DNA from: the human T2T-CHM13v2.0 reference genome, Homo sapiens
Assembly: GCF_009914755.1 (NCBI RefSeq)
Contig: NC_060930.1
Strand: one strand, 5' to 3'
DNA length: 64,000 nucleotides
In this document: positions 43,601 to 60,320 of the stretch, one piece after another
Layout: every line of letters begins with the position of its first letter
Position numbering within the stretch: the first letter of the stretch is position 1
The notes under the pieces: model-generated
Seen by the model: the letters and a program-made list of their open reading frames with translations, nothing else
Database searches by the model: none
What the model was told of the DNA's origin: nothing
Translations under genes and position numbers: made by a program

Positions 43601-45659
43601 ATTTCATTTTATATAAACACTTCTTTCATATTGGCTTACTGAGTTGTAATTCAATTTGTTACTGTATATTCACATTTATGTTCATATACACACATGCACA
43701 CCTGTATACGTGTTAATGTATAGTATTGAGTGTGGCCTTGTTTACACATGAATAAGACACAATTTCAGGTTTTGCTATGAAACTCTAAAGAGAATGATAA
43801 ATTTTAACCTCAACATGTAATCTTGTGAAGACAGATTCACTTCACCATATTTACTATTGTATAATTGTAATATTTACCTCCTATAGTATTATTTTTGCTG
43901 TATATATCCCTAAAATCTGCTGAAATTCTAATAACTGATGACATTTTTATAAATTATCCCAAAGTTTTGGTTTTACTGAAGATACTTTTCTAATTTTTAC
44001 TGTTAAAATAATTGTAATTCTATTTAATTATTCAGTTTTCATTTACTCATGACTAGCAACTGAAACATCTAAAACAAAATAACTATATAAAACTATAAAA
44101 TGAAACAACAGTAGCATTGAAGAATTACATGTAAATTCTTCATGTAAACTTTTACCATATTAATTTATAGTTTTTTTAAGTTTATAGCTTTTACCTTTTT
44201 AATGTATAATGTTACCTGGTATATTTAATCTTCTATTTCTTTCTAATGCAGCTACTTGCTCATTTGGACAAAAAATGGACCAGGCTTCCAATGATTAATT
44301 AACACATGTACAATGATTCCTACTGAGAGTCAGGAAACTTGATCTTAGCATCAATAATATTCATCTCTGTATGCTAGTTGTGAAAAAAGAATTATGTTCT
44401 GAAGACATTATATTTATCATTCTTCTTCAAGCCATATAAGCAACATATAACTTTGTAAATATTAAGGTCAAAAGAAACATATGTCTATAATTTATTGGCG
44501 TTGTCTCTAAAGGTGATCTCTCATCCATGTTCCTATAAACCCTTGGGTAAGGCAGGAACAGAGTCTATGAAATTCAGGATTATGAGCCATCTTTTTTAAA
44601 CAAAATCCTTTATTGATGAAACATAGCTCACAATCAAAATCTTACCCTTGAAAATGATTGTAAATTATTCAGTTACATTCCTTTATTTTGTAGATGGGGA
44701 AACTGTGGCCCAGGTAAGTTAAATGACCAACCCTGATGACTCAGCTGGACTAAAACAAGTTTGCCTGATGTCTAGTGCGTGTTATATCTTCCCTTGAACA
44801 TGTGACTTTCCTTATGAGAATAGTCCTAAGAAATTCCAAAATATATTTCTACATTACTTGGGGCGCTCAGAATGTGAAGAGTGAACTTTTAATATATGAC
44901 TAAATCACTTATTAGCATGTTCCTATTCAGCATCAGAGCTTTCTACGGTAACCACTCGTGTGTGCTAATTTTAAGGCTTTAGTGTTCAACAGCTAAATGA
45001 AGCTACTGGCAGCTTTTTTGGTGTGTTTTTAAGCATTTTAAGGTATTAGGAACTAGGACATCCCAGAAATTCTGTCTTTCTTTCTTTGATGTAAACCTCC
45101 CTTATTTAGTTCTTCTTTTAGGTGTTAATCTCTTAATATGGGACTGCCCTTTGCATTGGGGTTCCTTTTTATAAAAGCTATCCATCTTTTTCTTTTTGTC
45201 TTCTAAGCGATAACACAAATGAGGTGCAAAACCTCCTCCTCTCATGTTTTGTTATTATTCTAAACTGCAAGTCAATATCGTCTGGAACATAATCAAATTT
45301 TATTTTCATTGCCATAATAATCAACTGTTTCCAGGGATTTCAACATTTTTTCCTGGCTTCACCCTATTGCTAAAAGGGAATTGTTCTTTTACAATGACTG
45401 CCTGTCATGCTTAATCACAGTTTTTTTATAGTGTGAGATTCATAAAAGAACAGGAAGACAGTTAAACATTATAGAATTTCCTCATTTGTCCTCTTCCTCC
45501 TTAACCTGTAAAGATAAAAGAAAATCATGAGTATGTTTGATAAAATGTACTGACAATAAGAGTGACATGAAAAATCTCATTATTATTATTACTTTTTATT
45601 ATGACAAAATTTTATTGCATATTTTGGTTTAGGCCCTGTTTCCACATGGGTCTGCCCAT

Positions 45660-45920
45660 TGCTAGTGTGGAACTCTAGAAGGAATATGGTCTTTGGAAAT
45701 GAATTTTAACTTTGCCACAAGCCAGCTGTGTGAGCTTGGGTAAGTCACTTACCTAGTCAAGGTCACAGTTTCTTAATTTATAAAACTGTTGGCAATAATG
45801 CTTTTATTTCATGGTCATTGTTAAGTATTAAATGATTTAATGTACATGTGATATAATGATATAATGAAAGGATGTAGGTATGATGAGCCTGGCACATTGC
45901 AGGACTCTGTAAGTATTAAT
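45660..45920 (+). mobile_element. MIR
   Basis: agctgtgtgagcttgggtaagtcacttacc...cagtttcttaatttataaaa...gcctggcacattgcaggactc. Confidence 0.7.
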
Positions 45921-47399
45921 TTCATTTTCATTTTAATCTTTACTACTGCCTGTAATTTTAGGATTTATGACTCTGGTCCAATATGGGCCACCCACCTGAA
46001 GGCCTTCTAGTCAATCTCTCATAGTCTTTGTACACTGACAGGTGGAAGCTATTAGGGCCAAATTATATGCTTGAAAATGAATAAGTTTATGCTTATTGTC
46101 CCTAATTAATTTCTTCTTCCATTAAATTATTATAATGCTTAGGATTAATTAATTTACTCTGCTAAATTTACCATAGTGAAAGAATTCTGTGATTGCTACC
46201 ACAGGAAAGCTCTCTAGTGAGGTTAGAAGATGGTTAGGCAGTTTTGTTTGCTTAAGAAAAATGAGCAAGAAAATTTTGCATAATGCCTTTTGGAGCAGTC
46301 TTATTCTTCATAATTGCCTGAGATATTTCAAGGTGCTTTGCTATAAATCTGAAGACTTAAAAACATTGTTTTACAGTCTGGCCCACTAAGAATAATGACC
46401 TCTCCTGTTCCTTGTTTTTCTGGGTGATTAAGGGTTTCCTGACTGGCCCCAGGCCATCTGCCATGACTATTTTTTTTTCTTCAGATTTAGAACCATAATG
46501 TCAAAAATAATCTCTTACTCTGAGAGATTTTGCTAGCCCCAGAAGATAGAAAGTGTTTGCTGCGTGTGCTCCAACACCACATGAAAAATTGTGCAAATGA
46601 TGGTTCTTGTTGATTTTATAAAGCAGTCCCATCATTTATGCTCCTTAAACTAAATTAGGTGTAAATTATTTCAAGGAGGCTAAAGTTCTTCCCTGTGTTC
46701 CTATGAGGATAATTTCACAAATACACAGCACGTCCCTTCAACCACAGATTTTGGGCAGAGAGAAGGAAACAAGAAGAAGGAGAAGAAGAGAGCTATCGCC
46801 TGGGGCCAGTGCACACTCTCCACAGGGGGTTTCCAGCATGTGGGTGATTTCTAACCAAGCTGACATAAATCAGACTGTGCAGAGCAGTGACATTCTGATC
46901 ACTGCACTGGGAGACACCTGGATAGTGTTACACTTCCCTCATTAGGAGGCACTGGAGTTGAGCTGGGGAGGTGAACTTTTAGCTGTATCAAAATAACAAT
47001 GTGGGAGCAAAGAAGATGCTGGGATGAGGGGGCATACCAGTAATAACCCAACCTTTACAGACAGGTTGTGTGAGGCGTTCTGAACTCGCATCTTTGGAAA
47101 TAATTTATTTACAAACTGAACCCAGTAAAATCAAGAAGAATTTGTTCCATGAATGCCATTGTTTAAATCTTCTGGCTGAGACTTGAGCCTCTTTCTTTCT
47201 CAGCTGGGACATTCTGCTGCAGTGGCCTACACTCCCAAACCTTGTTAAAACTGAGTTCATAATGTGTGATAGACATGTTTGTTAGTGTTCTGGAACATTT
47301 TATTCAATCCAAGTTACTTATTAATTACAGCTATTAATTTTTAATAAAAATTAGATGTTAAAATTGGATATTAAAACACAAAATTGGATGTATAGGTAA

Positions 47400-49345
<1,946 letters not shown>

Positions 49346-49660
49346 AGTTATGTATCACATTCTGAATTGTTCCTTGTTACCTTGCTTGTCTGTATCATTA
49401 TGTTGTAATTTTCCCATGTTTTTCAACCTTTCTACCCTTTCTATGATTTTGTGAATACTTGGAAAGCACATCATGTGTTCTTACTCTTCAGAGTTTGCTA
49501 TCTTCTGATTATTTTGGTCACATTTTGCTGATTTAATTTGGTGTAAATATAAAGCAAGTATTTGTGAAGTATAATATCTTAATTGGCCCCAAACATGTTC
49601 TCATCACACACATTTTTAAAGAGAGAGAGTGAAATCTTGCTTCATAGAAAGTGAATCACA

Positions 49661-49976
<316 letters not shown>

Positions 49977-51559
49977 TCATTTGGAAATCTGAGGGCAAAA
50001 CTGACCTATGTGATATTTTAATAATTTTCACATTCTATCTTATTCTTATTTCCCAAATGGTTTATATATATATATATATATGACTTATGTTTGAAAGTTC
50101 TTATAGAATGCTAACAGCCATTAAAAATATATGTCAGGAGGAATCAGAGGCAAAATATATTTTTGGTAAAAATATGCCATATTTACATCTGTCTAAAAGA
50201 AAATATGTAGGTTGCTTACCAAAATACTGGATTTAACATCTTACATAAAACATTGGGCATTCAGTGACTGACACTGTCATGAAGTGTCAAGGAGTTAAGT
50301 AAAGGGAGGACCCGTTGTCAATTATGACTATAGGAAGGTCATAATTTTATTTAAAGAAAAGAGGGAGCAGAGCTGTAGAAGGTCGATATCAGAGTGTTCA
50401 CTGAGAGGCAAAGAAAAACAGGACCAGATTAACAAGATTTACCTGTGGACACTAATAAGAATTCAGAACCAAGAAGGTGAAGTGTCAATAGATAGCAGAC
50501 TGCATGGACATGAAATGTGATCTTCATAGGAAAAGGACGATTTTCATACCCACATTGATATGGGTTACCATCAGTTCCTTAATGAGGAGAAACTGAAGAC
50601 AAATATCAGAATGCTGAATATTACATAGTTTATATAGAAGTAAAAAATGTACATAGTTATTATTATAGAATATGGATTTCATCATTATGAATAAATCCTT
50701 TAGTCAGTCTCATAAATTTCCTACTTAAAAGCACATGTAAATATTGTATATGGCGCTTGCATTGGACAGAGCATGCTCTATAGACAAAATTCTGGTCCTT
50801 AAATTAACCAAAACTAAGTAAGTGACCTTTTCAGAATATGTATTTTCTGCATATTGTATGTTATTCTCTGAGTATTTATTTTAAAACTTGACTTGTTTTA
50901 AAATAAAAATTTTGATGTTTTTTGCATTGTCTTAAAATTGTTGACAATGGTCTAGTGAAGCCTTTTCAGTGTTCTATCCTTTATGAGAAATAAATAAATG
51001 AAATAACACAATTGATAGGACAATGCTTAAAAGTGTGTGTGCATGCATGTGTGTGTGTGTTTGTGTTGCTAGAAAGTTAGTGTGACTGGCTTTATGACAT
51101 GTAATTTAAAACAGAATAAAAGCATTCCAATAATTAGTATATTTTGCATATGGGCATTCCTTTGCTTACTAATCTAGAAGATTCCTATATTTTATAAATA
51201 AAAGCAATACCTGGAACCAGTGGTTTCTTGGGTAAACTGTGCTTTCTTTGATTGTGCAGTGAAGTATATTCTACTTACTTTCTTTTGCAATTTATTCGAT
51301 GTCAAGAAATGTGATGGCGGAAAGTTTAGCGCATAAAAAGGAAAAAAATAATAATTGGAAAACAGCAACAAATTCATTTTGTCCTCCACATTGCCCTCCA
51401 CTTTTCTCTCCCTGTCTCTTCATTTTTTAGTTCTGATTTTCATGACTACATACCTTCCTTTCTACCTCCTTTTTGTCATTACCTAACTCTTGCTGGAAAC
51501 TTTGAACTAGTATTGGGTAAAAATATGTTCCCAGGAATGGGGATGTTAGGGAAGGGAAT

Positions 51560-51790
51560 TGGCATTTAATTTACTGTGTGCAGGACACTTTATACAAAGT
51601 ATTTCATTTACTCCACACAGAAACTCTATGAGGTTAGACTTATCTCTATTTTACAGATGAGGAAACCAAGGCTCAGAAAAGTGAATTGCCTAATGCTGAA
51701 AGTACAAAGTGAAGGGAGCCAGGATTCCATCCAGAAAGGATCTGAGTACAGAGAGTATACTCAAACCTGCTACCTTCCCAGCACTCTTAC
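51560..51790 (-). mobile_element. MIR
   Basis: ctattttacagatgaggaaaccaaggctcagaaaagtgaattgcc. Confidence 0.75.
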
Positions 51791-53010
51791 AGTTGAATCA
51801 GTCTTATGGCATTTTCACTTTTATCCCTTGACTTCTCTGCAATCTCCAAGGAGTCAGTGTCTAAATCAGAAATCAGAGAACCAAAGCAATCTATGTAGAC
51901 GATGTGTGTGGTTGAGACAGCTTTGAACACGATTTTGAAGCCAATATTAAAGCTGATTCCCAAAAAGGGCCTATTTATAGAATCACTGCATGTAGTCACA
52001 CCTTGGATTTTCTTTGGTGGTCTTCCTTCTAAGTAAATGACAAAGTAAGACCTAGTTTATTTTATGAGAACTGAGAAAATCACAGCACAGGGTGGTCTTA
52101 AGTTTCAGAAAAGTTTAGCTTTTCTTAACATAGATTTTCCAATCCTTAAAGTCACACTTCTATGCATAAACAAAAGTTTTAAGAGTCATATGTTTTCAAT
52201 GGGCAATGAACTCAGTAAGCACTCCTTCATGTTCACCATTCAGTCATGATAAGTAAATAGGTTAAACCTGTTATGAAGCTCATCGTGTTTGAAAATCAGT
52301 TACTCTCTGCCAACTTTGCCTTAAATTTAACTTTTATGAATTTTTAAAGTTACCAATAATATGTGTATTATGGAATCCCACAAACTTGCTGCTTTCTGAT
52401 TAATTTTTCACTTCAAACACATGAGAATTGACTTTCTTACATTCCAATATGTATTTCCCTAGGCATAACTGGCTGAAAGGAATTAAACTCAACTAATATT
52501 TTTTTCTTTCTTTTTGGCTTGAAACATTCCCAAGGCTTTCTGAAATACGGGCTCAGGCTATATTTATAGCCAAAATAAAAAGGCATTTAAATACATATTG
52601 AATTGCAAAGGCAGATAATGATTACAGCATACATCTATTAAATGTGATATATTTAGGTTTTATTTGAATAAATTTAAATAATTATTAACTTACATGCTTT
52701 ATAAAATGTAATAAGAATCAGCATGCCAGGTGCTTTCCTTATTTACTTCCCATTAAATATAGTAAAAAATAAAAAATAAGATAAAAATATTAAACTAATG
52801 ACATAAAAATAAAGCAGATTTCAACTTGAATTGGTTTATGGTTATTGTACTTAACATTTCAATTGAATTAATAATTACAAATAAAATAATTTCACATTTG
52901 TTTGTAAACAATGTATTTTTTGTGTGTATATTCTAGTACTTAAAAAAAAACTACATCTAGTTATTCGCTTCTTACAAGATTACTTTCCACTAGATTTCTC
53001 ATTTGGGATA

Positions 53011-53614
53011 TGTATCTCTGTCAGAGACCAGTTAGGAGAGAGAAACCACACAGTAATATGAATAAAGTTTAATGTAACATATTAACTCTATCAGAGGATT
53101 GATGTAGTGTGGAATTGGCTAGTATCAAGTAATGAGAATACTAAAAATACATGAATAGTTGATATAAGAAACAGTTACTGCTCCTAAGAATGAGATAGAC
53201 CTGGATGAAGACCTCCCATTCTCCCAAGATTAAGTGAGATTCAAGTCTTGTTGGAGAGAAATCAGTTCCTTGAGAACAAAGAAGTCACTGTGAAACCACA
53301 TTGGTGGAATCTGCTAAGCTGTTCACAGGGAGGTGTCTCACCAGAGGTATTCTGTTATAAAAACACCTGAAGGGTATGCTAAGGGAAACTGATGGCCACT
53401 GGGTGTTGCTGGGCACTGTGCCTGCCCAGTGAGAACATGGAAACCAGGAAACAAAACTCTTTTCCTCCTGCCATGTCTTTTCAGCACTCTCTAATAAAAG
53501 AACTTTAGTGCCAACTGGCAAAGAAAAAATATTTAAAGGGTCCAGATTCATTTTCATAGAGCTGGAAAAAAGGGTGAATTTGAAATAAAGAGGTAATAAA
53601 TCAATAACCAGCAC
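53011..53614 (-). mobile_element. Old LTR (LTR78-like; family uncertain)
   Basis: TG..CA bounded, ~600 bp; ggagagagaaaccacacagtaat ... aatatttaaagggtccagattc...gaggtaataaatcaataaccagcaca resembles recalled ancient LTR consensus sequences. Confidence 0.55.
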
Positions 53615-53779
53615 AATATCAGATTTTTAAAAAAGACTAAACACATTGTGTTTTAATATTGGTGGTAGCCATATCAAATATAGTTTTTTGAAATGAACAT
53701 TATTACATAATGCCATGGATTCATTTACAGGAGATTTTATTGTAAACAATTATTGGAAATCAATAGTCATGTAAGATAA

Positions 53780-54020
53780 TAATTAAGAGTAATGGTTCTG
53801 CAGTCAGTTAAACTACGTTAGTTTCTGGCTCTGCCATTTACTGTGACCTTAGGCAAGGTGTTTAACATATGTGTCCATTTCCCCATCTGTAAAATAGGCT
53901 TAAAATGGCATCTGCCTTAGTTGAGTTGTTGAGAGGGTTAAATGAATGTAGTGTAGGTAAAGCACTTATATTTGCAACTGACACAGGGTAAGGTCTCAAC
54001 AAAGGGCAACTATTTATTAA
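53780..54020 (+). mobile_element. MIR
   Basis: ctggctctgccatttactgtgaccttaggcaagg...tttccccatctgtaaaatagg. Confidence 0.75.
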
Positions 54021-55761
54021 TATTTTGCATTTATCCGACTGGAAGTTTATAATTTTATATCAACATAATTTATTTTCCAGGTATAATCCTTTGGGAGCCT
54101 GAAGTATTTAGCAACTCATGAGGTCATGGTCTGTTGATATTCATATGCGCCATTGTGATTGACAACAATTATGGTTGTAATATAGGGGGCAGGTTGTGAT
54201 TCCAAATAAGTTACATTTTTGGATTTCTTAATTTAAGTGTTGCTTAATCAGAATTCAGAATAAATATGCTATGAGTAAATGTAATTTTTAGTTAAGGGTA
54301 GGATGTAGTGCTGTTAAAATATTTTCTAAGTGATCATAACCGTTAAAAAAAAGTTTTTAAAATGTGATTTAAAGAAAAGCACTGCCCTTCCTTTTAAAAA
54401 ATGGAATAACTTACATCATCCCTAAGTTTTAGTGTTTTTGTACAAATAATGATGATGTTGGACTTGAGTTTTTAGAACACATTAACCCAAATGGCCAATA
54501 TAAAAAATGCTAAATTGGATGACAGCATTTGGCCAAGTTTTCAGGATCACCCACAAAACTGGATTGAAAATAGATTGCCTTAAGGCTGGTTTTAGCACAG
54601 TATCTAAAAGAAATACAACTATAACTTCATAAAACTTCAAAAATATTGTAGGACTTTATTGCAGATCTCCTGAGAAGGTGGCAAAGAGGAAATTACATTT
54701 TGTCACACACAGCAGAACTTCCTAAAAATCCTCTAATCACTTTATTCTAATTACTTTCTCATTTTTCATAGGACCTACTCCCTGTCTCTCTTCACATGTT
54801 TTAGTTTTGTAACTAAAATACTGCTTAGTAGTTACCTCCATTCTCCAGGCTCAACCTAAACATCTTGGTCTTGCCACTCCTTTGTGTGGAAAGGCCACCC
54901 CATAGAGGACAAGGAGTAACACCTTGCATTGATTTTCAGACCAGTGTGCCTGTCACTAAGCCTGTTGGACAAAATTGCGTGAGAGAAGAAGATACATTCA
55001 AAAGGGCCACATTTAAGGAAGCCCTACATATTATCCTTTTAAAAAACTCTACCCAATAGGACTATGATGAATGTAAGGCTTGAGGATTTAATCAGTTATA
55101 CCAGCCCTGCTCCTCCTTGAGGGAGAAGTGGAGATGAAATATACAAGATGGGTAAGTTTATGGGTAAGTTTAGAGATGGAGAGAAATTTTATTTATCTCT
55201 AAAATCCGACAATTACAAAAATACAGTATCAACTAAAATAAAACAAAAAGGTTGTAAAAATAAGGTTGTAAGAATAATTTTGTCCTTTACTTAAGGATTT
55301 TAACTTAAAACATTTGTGGAGTCATTATGTAATTCAGGACTTTAGATTTTGAGGAGCTTGGACATCCACTTACAAATAAAAAATGTTATTACAAAACTTA
55401 AGTGAGGGACAGCCTACATAGATTCTATTTTCATTCGAAAAGGATAGCAGTGAAGGTTAATTGTTATACTTTCTAGTGTACCTTCGAACTCTACCCTTCA
55501 AAATTTGTGAATTCCCAGATTTTCAATGGTTTATACTTTACCACACGCTCTCCAATGCAGTCATGTATAACTGAAAAATGTGACTCCTTCAGGTCATTCA
55601 TGATTCTATTAACATAGCAATAAAACCATTTATAAAGCAATTACTCTAATTTTGCTGCAAAAAACTCTACATGACATTATAGCAGTTATTATAGCTTGTA
55701 ATATTAATTTTAAGCTTATCAGAATTTGCAAAACTAAAGCATCTGTAATATGGCAATTTTG

Positions 55762-56222
<461 letters not shown>

Positions 56223-59200
56223 AAGGACAGTGGTGATTCTGAATGAGAATTTCTATTTTGCAATGCATGTACAGAGTGGGTGAGAGCAATCATGAAATAT
56301 ATTTCACAGCAGGTAAAGTTGGTTCAAAACTGTTCAACAAGGGCCTCCTGACTTGCTGAGGGAGCTACATTGACCTTTATTATGGAAGAAGCAGCTGGTG
56401 GAGAAAAGTCAGGGTAAAATAATAACATGCACATGGAAGGATACCAGAAGAGGGGTAGCTTGCAAAGAAATATGTTATTAAGGTATATCATGAATGATAG
56501 TTATCCTTATGCTCTGAGCAATTAATTTTGCATTTCCTAAAATGTCTCCAACATATTTATTAGTTATTAATAATAAACATATATGTTAGACGCTCTGCAT
56601 CTCAGATTGAAAATCCTCAGTATATTTTCAAAGACCCAAAGTAGTTTGCTCTTCTTCTTCAACATTGTAGTTGCTGCCATGTTGAAACCAATCCCCTAAT
56701 TTTCTGCACATTTAACCAACTCTTTCTCATGACCTACAATGGTGTCCACAAAATCTTCACCACTCACTTTCCATGCAGCTCTTATAATGGGCATCATTCT
56801 ATCCTCTCTGGATGGAAGCCTGCCTCCAACCACATGGCTTTCTAAAAATTTCACTTTTCAGATTTTGCCTCACCCACTAAAGATTTAATGTTCATCAATC
56901 ATTTAGCAATGTTGTAATATAAACATGTTTTAATTCTTCCAGCCATTGGCATCAGTGTTTAGCTCTTTTCCATAGTGTGTATGTCATCAGAACTTGGTTT
57001 GGAAGGCTAAGAGAGTGTCATGATGTTAGGGGAACGGAACACCATGTTAATTGACACTCAGACATGAAAATGGCTTGTGCATATTTGATGTATTAGTGGA
57101 ACCTTAAATTCAAAGTTATGGGAAGCAATATATTGCTACACTTTTGGCCAAAACATTTGTTAAACCAGTCTCAAAAGAGATATACCATGATCCACACTTT
57201 CAGATATGTCTGCCAAGGAAATCTGGCCTCTTGGTGCCCTGAATTTTGCAGAAAGGTAAATAAACCTGGCTTAATTATGCTGTTGGCTGCACTGCCCTAA
57301 AGTTGAGGTCAATTTGGCTTTGGCCACCTGAAAATTTGTGTTCTCTTTCCCTTGTGTATTCTCACTAAGATAGTTTTTTCTAACAATTTTCATTCTGGTC
57401 TGAATGTTATTCTAACCTTCTTTATGTGTTTCTTTAGCTTGGGAGGATAACATATGTATGAGGTTATGGTCCAAAGATGCTGCCTTTCTAGTTTACTTCA
57501 GATTAGGTAAGGCTATATGTTTTTTCAAATGAAAAAAAAAAAAGTATTTCCACATGATAAAATATATTCCTGTATCTGTACTAGGAATGTGCCACCTATA
57601 GCTTTAGAGATACATTTCTATGGGCCCCTGACTTTTTCCCCAAGTAAAATTTATTATTTTGCTCCTCATTTTGCACAGGTTAAAGCCCCTATAGAAATAA
57701 TATTACAAATTACTCTTTCTTATATCCAGTGAAAAATATGGTGAAATTATTCACATTGTAGAGCCATTAGCAAATTTGGTATTTGCTCTCATAATTTATC
57801 CCAAATTCGTATTTCATCCCAAACACTAACAGCATACTGCAGCCAAAAAAAATTTGTTTAGATGAAATGTGGGTGTAGGCATGGGTATGATTATGGAAAA
57901 AAAACCTCACTGGCATTATTCTAAACCCCTGTCTCACTAGGGCATGTTTTCTCACATCCACCTACTTTATTCAATACCATGCTTATGCATTCACTCATTC
58001 CCATAGTAAAAACTAGTGGATGGTTTTATATTCAGGGATATTTTCCCCAAGAAATACATATATTTCTTTTCTTTTTTTTATCATCCAGATCAAAATGTCA
58101 ATAAATAAATTTCAGGATTTCAGAAATGTCACTATTTACATTCAAAGTGGGGGAATATATTGAAAAAGTAGATGCTTACTAGTAGGTTAGATTCTATTTA
58201 GTGAACCAACCGCCTTGTATATTTGGTTGTAATTTCTGTCTAAGCCAAAACCAAATTATTATAAGTCAAGTCCTTTCATAGTTGCTGGCAAATTGTGAAA
58301 ACAAAAAAAAATTAATTCCAAATATAAAAGACTAATGCATAAGGAAATGTAAGATAAGAGGTACTCCTCCTCTAGCTCTGAAAAAGCGAAATATTTAGGC
58401 ATGCATTTGCTATTTAACATTCAATAAACTTTAGTTTTTGAGCATGTTTTGCAGGTCCAAATGGTATTTGATGCTTCGGGGTTTCATATTAAAACAGGAA
58501 AATCCTTTTCTTTCTCAAAGTGTTTACAATAAACTATTTCAAGGATGTTCCACAAATATTTTGGATTTCTTCACCCAGTTTAAGTATGATCCTAAGAAGG
58601 TCCAAATAAAGCAAGAATTTATTATCTACTGTGGAGAAAGTACTATGCTTGCAACTTTTGGTAGTGACATAATTTTAGTTCTTTATGGGGATGATTGTCT
58701 ATTTTATCATCATCATTTTCAGCAGCATCATAGCTCTGTGGTCATTATTCCTATGCTTCTTATATATTCAATTATATATTCATGTTCCAGGCTCATGAAT
58801 CAGTGCAATTGATTAAATAGCAAGAAGTTGCTATCTAACTGCAGTATTGGTTTACAAGATCTGTGCAGTGTCACAGCTTGGGGTGTTGGTGTTACATATT
58901 GCCTCAATACCAGTAGCTTTAACCACTCCTTTATATTGTCCCTACTTACTACTCTAAATATTATGTTCTCAAATGAGCTCGTTATCAGGGCAGACATTCA
59001 ACACATGTTCTTGACAAAAGTTTGAAACCATTTATGTTTTTCATAACTGCTTAGAACAGATAAGGGTAACTAGTAAGAATTACACGGTAACCTTCATGTA
59101 ACTAGTAGGTAAGACTGAATTCACGGAGACCATCCCATAATATCCCTTTTTCTGAGGAAGTAAAAAGCCCCATGACTTTTCAGAAAAATTGTGAAAGTGG

Positions 59201-59694
59201 AAATGGCAGCTTTTGAAGCTCCAATAGAAGAATCATAAAACTTCAGAGTTAGAAGGGCGGAAACTCATGTTAGAATCTGGAGGCAATTTGTGTAGGCACT
59301 TTTAGTCTATCTTGTGGGAACATTGTGTGTAAATAAGACCTCCCCTAGCAATTTCCATTACTGAGAATAATTTCAACAAAATCAGTGACAATGGTCTCTT
59401 AATATAGGTTTTGTGTGTGTGTGTGTTATGGAAAATGAATGCAGAATTTGGGAAAATTTTTATATTGTCAACACATAGAGATTTACTAACTAAAGTTGGT
59501 TGTCATTCTTTTATGTATTTTGATAAAATATAACTTTAGGTAGAGTTCAAGCAGGGAGAGGAAAATACTTATATTCCTCACAAAACTATATAAATAGAAA
59601 GTAATGATGTGATCCCAGGTAATTAATATCTTTTGATATCTCAATTTACCTATTGACAGTTAAATAATAAAGTGTCAGGACTATAGTTTACATT

Positions 59695-60210
59695 GTTCAT
59701 TTAAACATTTATTCAATATTTGCTTGTCAAATATTTGTTAAGTTCCCTCTTTGGAAAAGATACTGGATTAGGTGGTAGAGATACAAAAATAACTAAGCCA
59801 TTTGTCCCTGTTTTCAAGAAATTAGTAGGAGAAAAAAATAGATATGCAGATGATAAATGTTTACAGTGTTGTAGGTGAAAAAAGAGGAAAGAAAGAAAGC
59901 CTAGGAGAGTCAGATAAATCTTCAGAGAAGAGGTAAAATCAGCCCTGAGCCTCAAAGGGTGAAGAAAACGAGCAGAATCTCAGACAATACAAACAATGTA
60001 CAAAGGTGTGGAAAATAAAATGGTGTTTTTTAGGAGCAGTGGAAACCTAGTGTAACCTGAGGAAAGGAAAAATGAGGAGCTAAGTGACATGGTGATGGAT
60101 GAAGATGGAAAAAATATATATGGTTAAAGACTAGTTTACCATATCAGGAAGTCTGGACTTGATCCTGCAGATAATGGGAAACCAGTGAAGGTATTTAAAC
60201 ACTAATGGTG
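59695..60210 (-). mobile_element. L2 fragment
   Basis: catttattcaatatttgcttgtcaaatatttgtt...gtccctgttttcaagaa...tctggacttgatcctgcagataatgggaaaccagtgaagg. Confidence 0.7.
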
Positions 60211-60320
60211 ATTTTTAAAAAACTCAGTGTGTTTAAAAGGGAATGGATAGTGCATAATCTCCTTTTTATCTCTCCTTGGTTTTGTTTAAGTGGGCTGCTA
60301 TGGGAATCCTTAGAGTATCA

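Noticed and set aside
50875-50907. 13-bp-arm inverted repeat tttattttaaaac...gttttaaaataaa
   Set aside because: Low-complexity AT sequence expected by chance in this background.
55148-55171. 12-bp tandem duplication atgggtaagttt x2 containing splice-donor-like GGTAAG
   Set aside because: A simple slippage duplication with no supportable upstream acceptor or exon.
58438-59025. Hydrophobic ORFs (124 aa and 65 aa)
   Set aside because: T-rich compositional artefacts with non-ATG starts and no recognisable homology.
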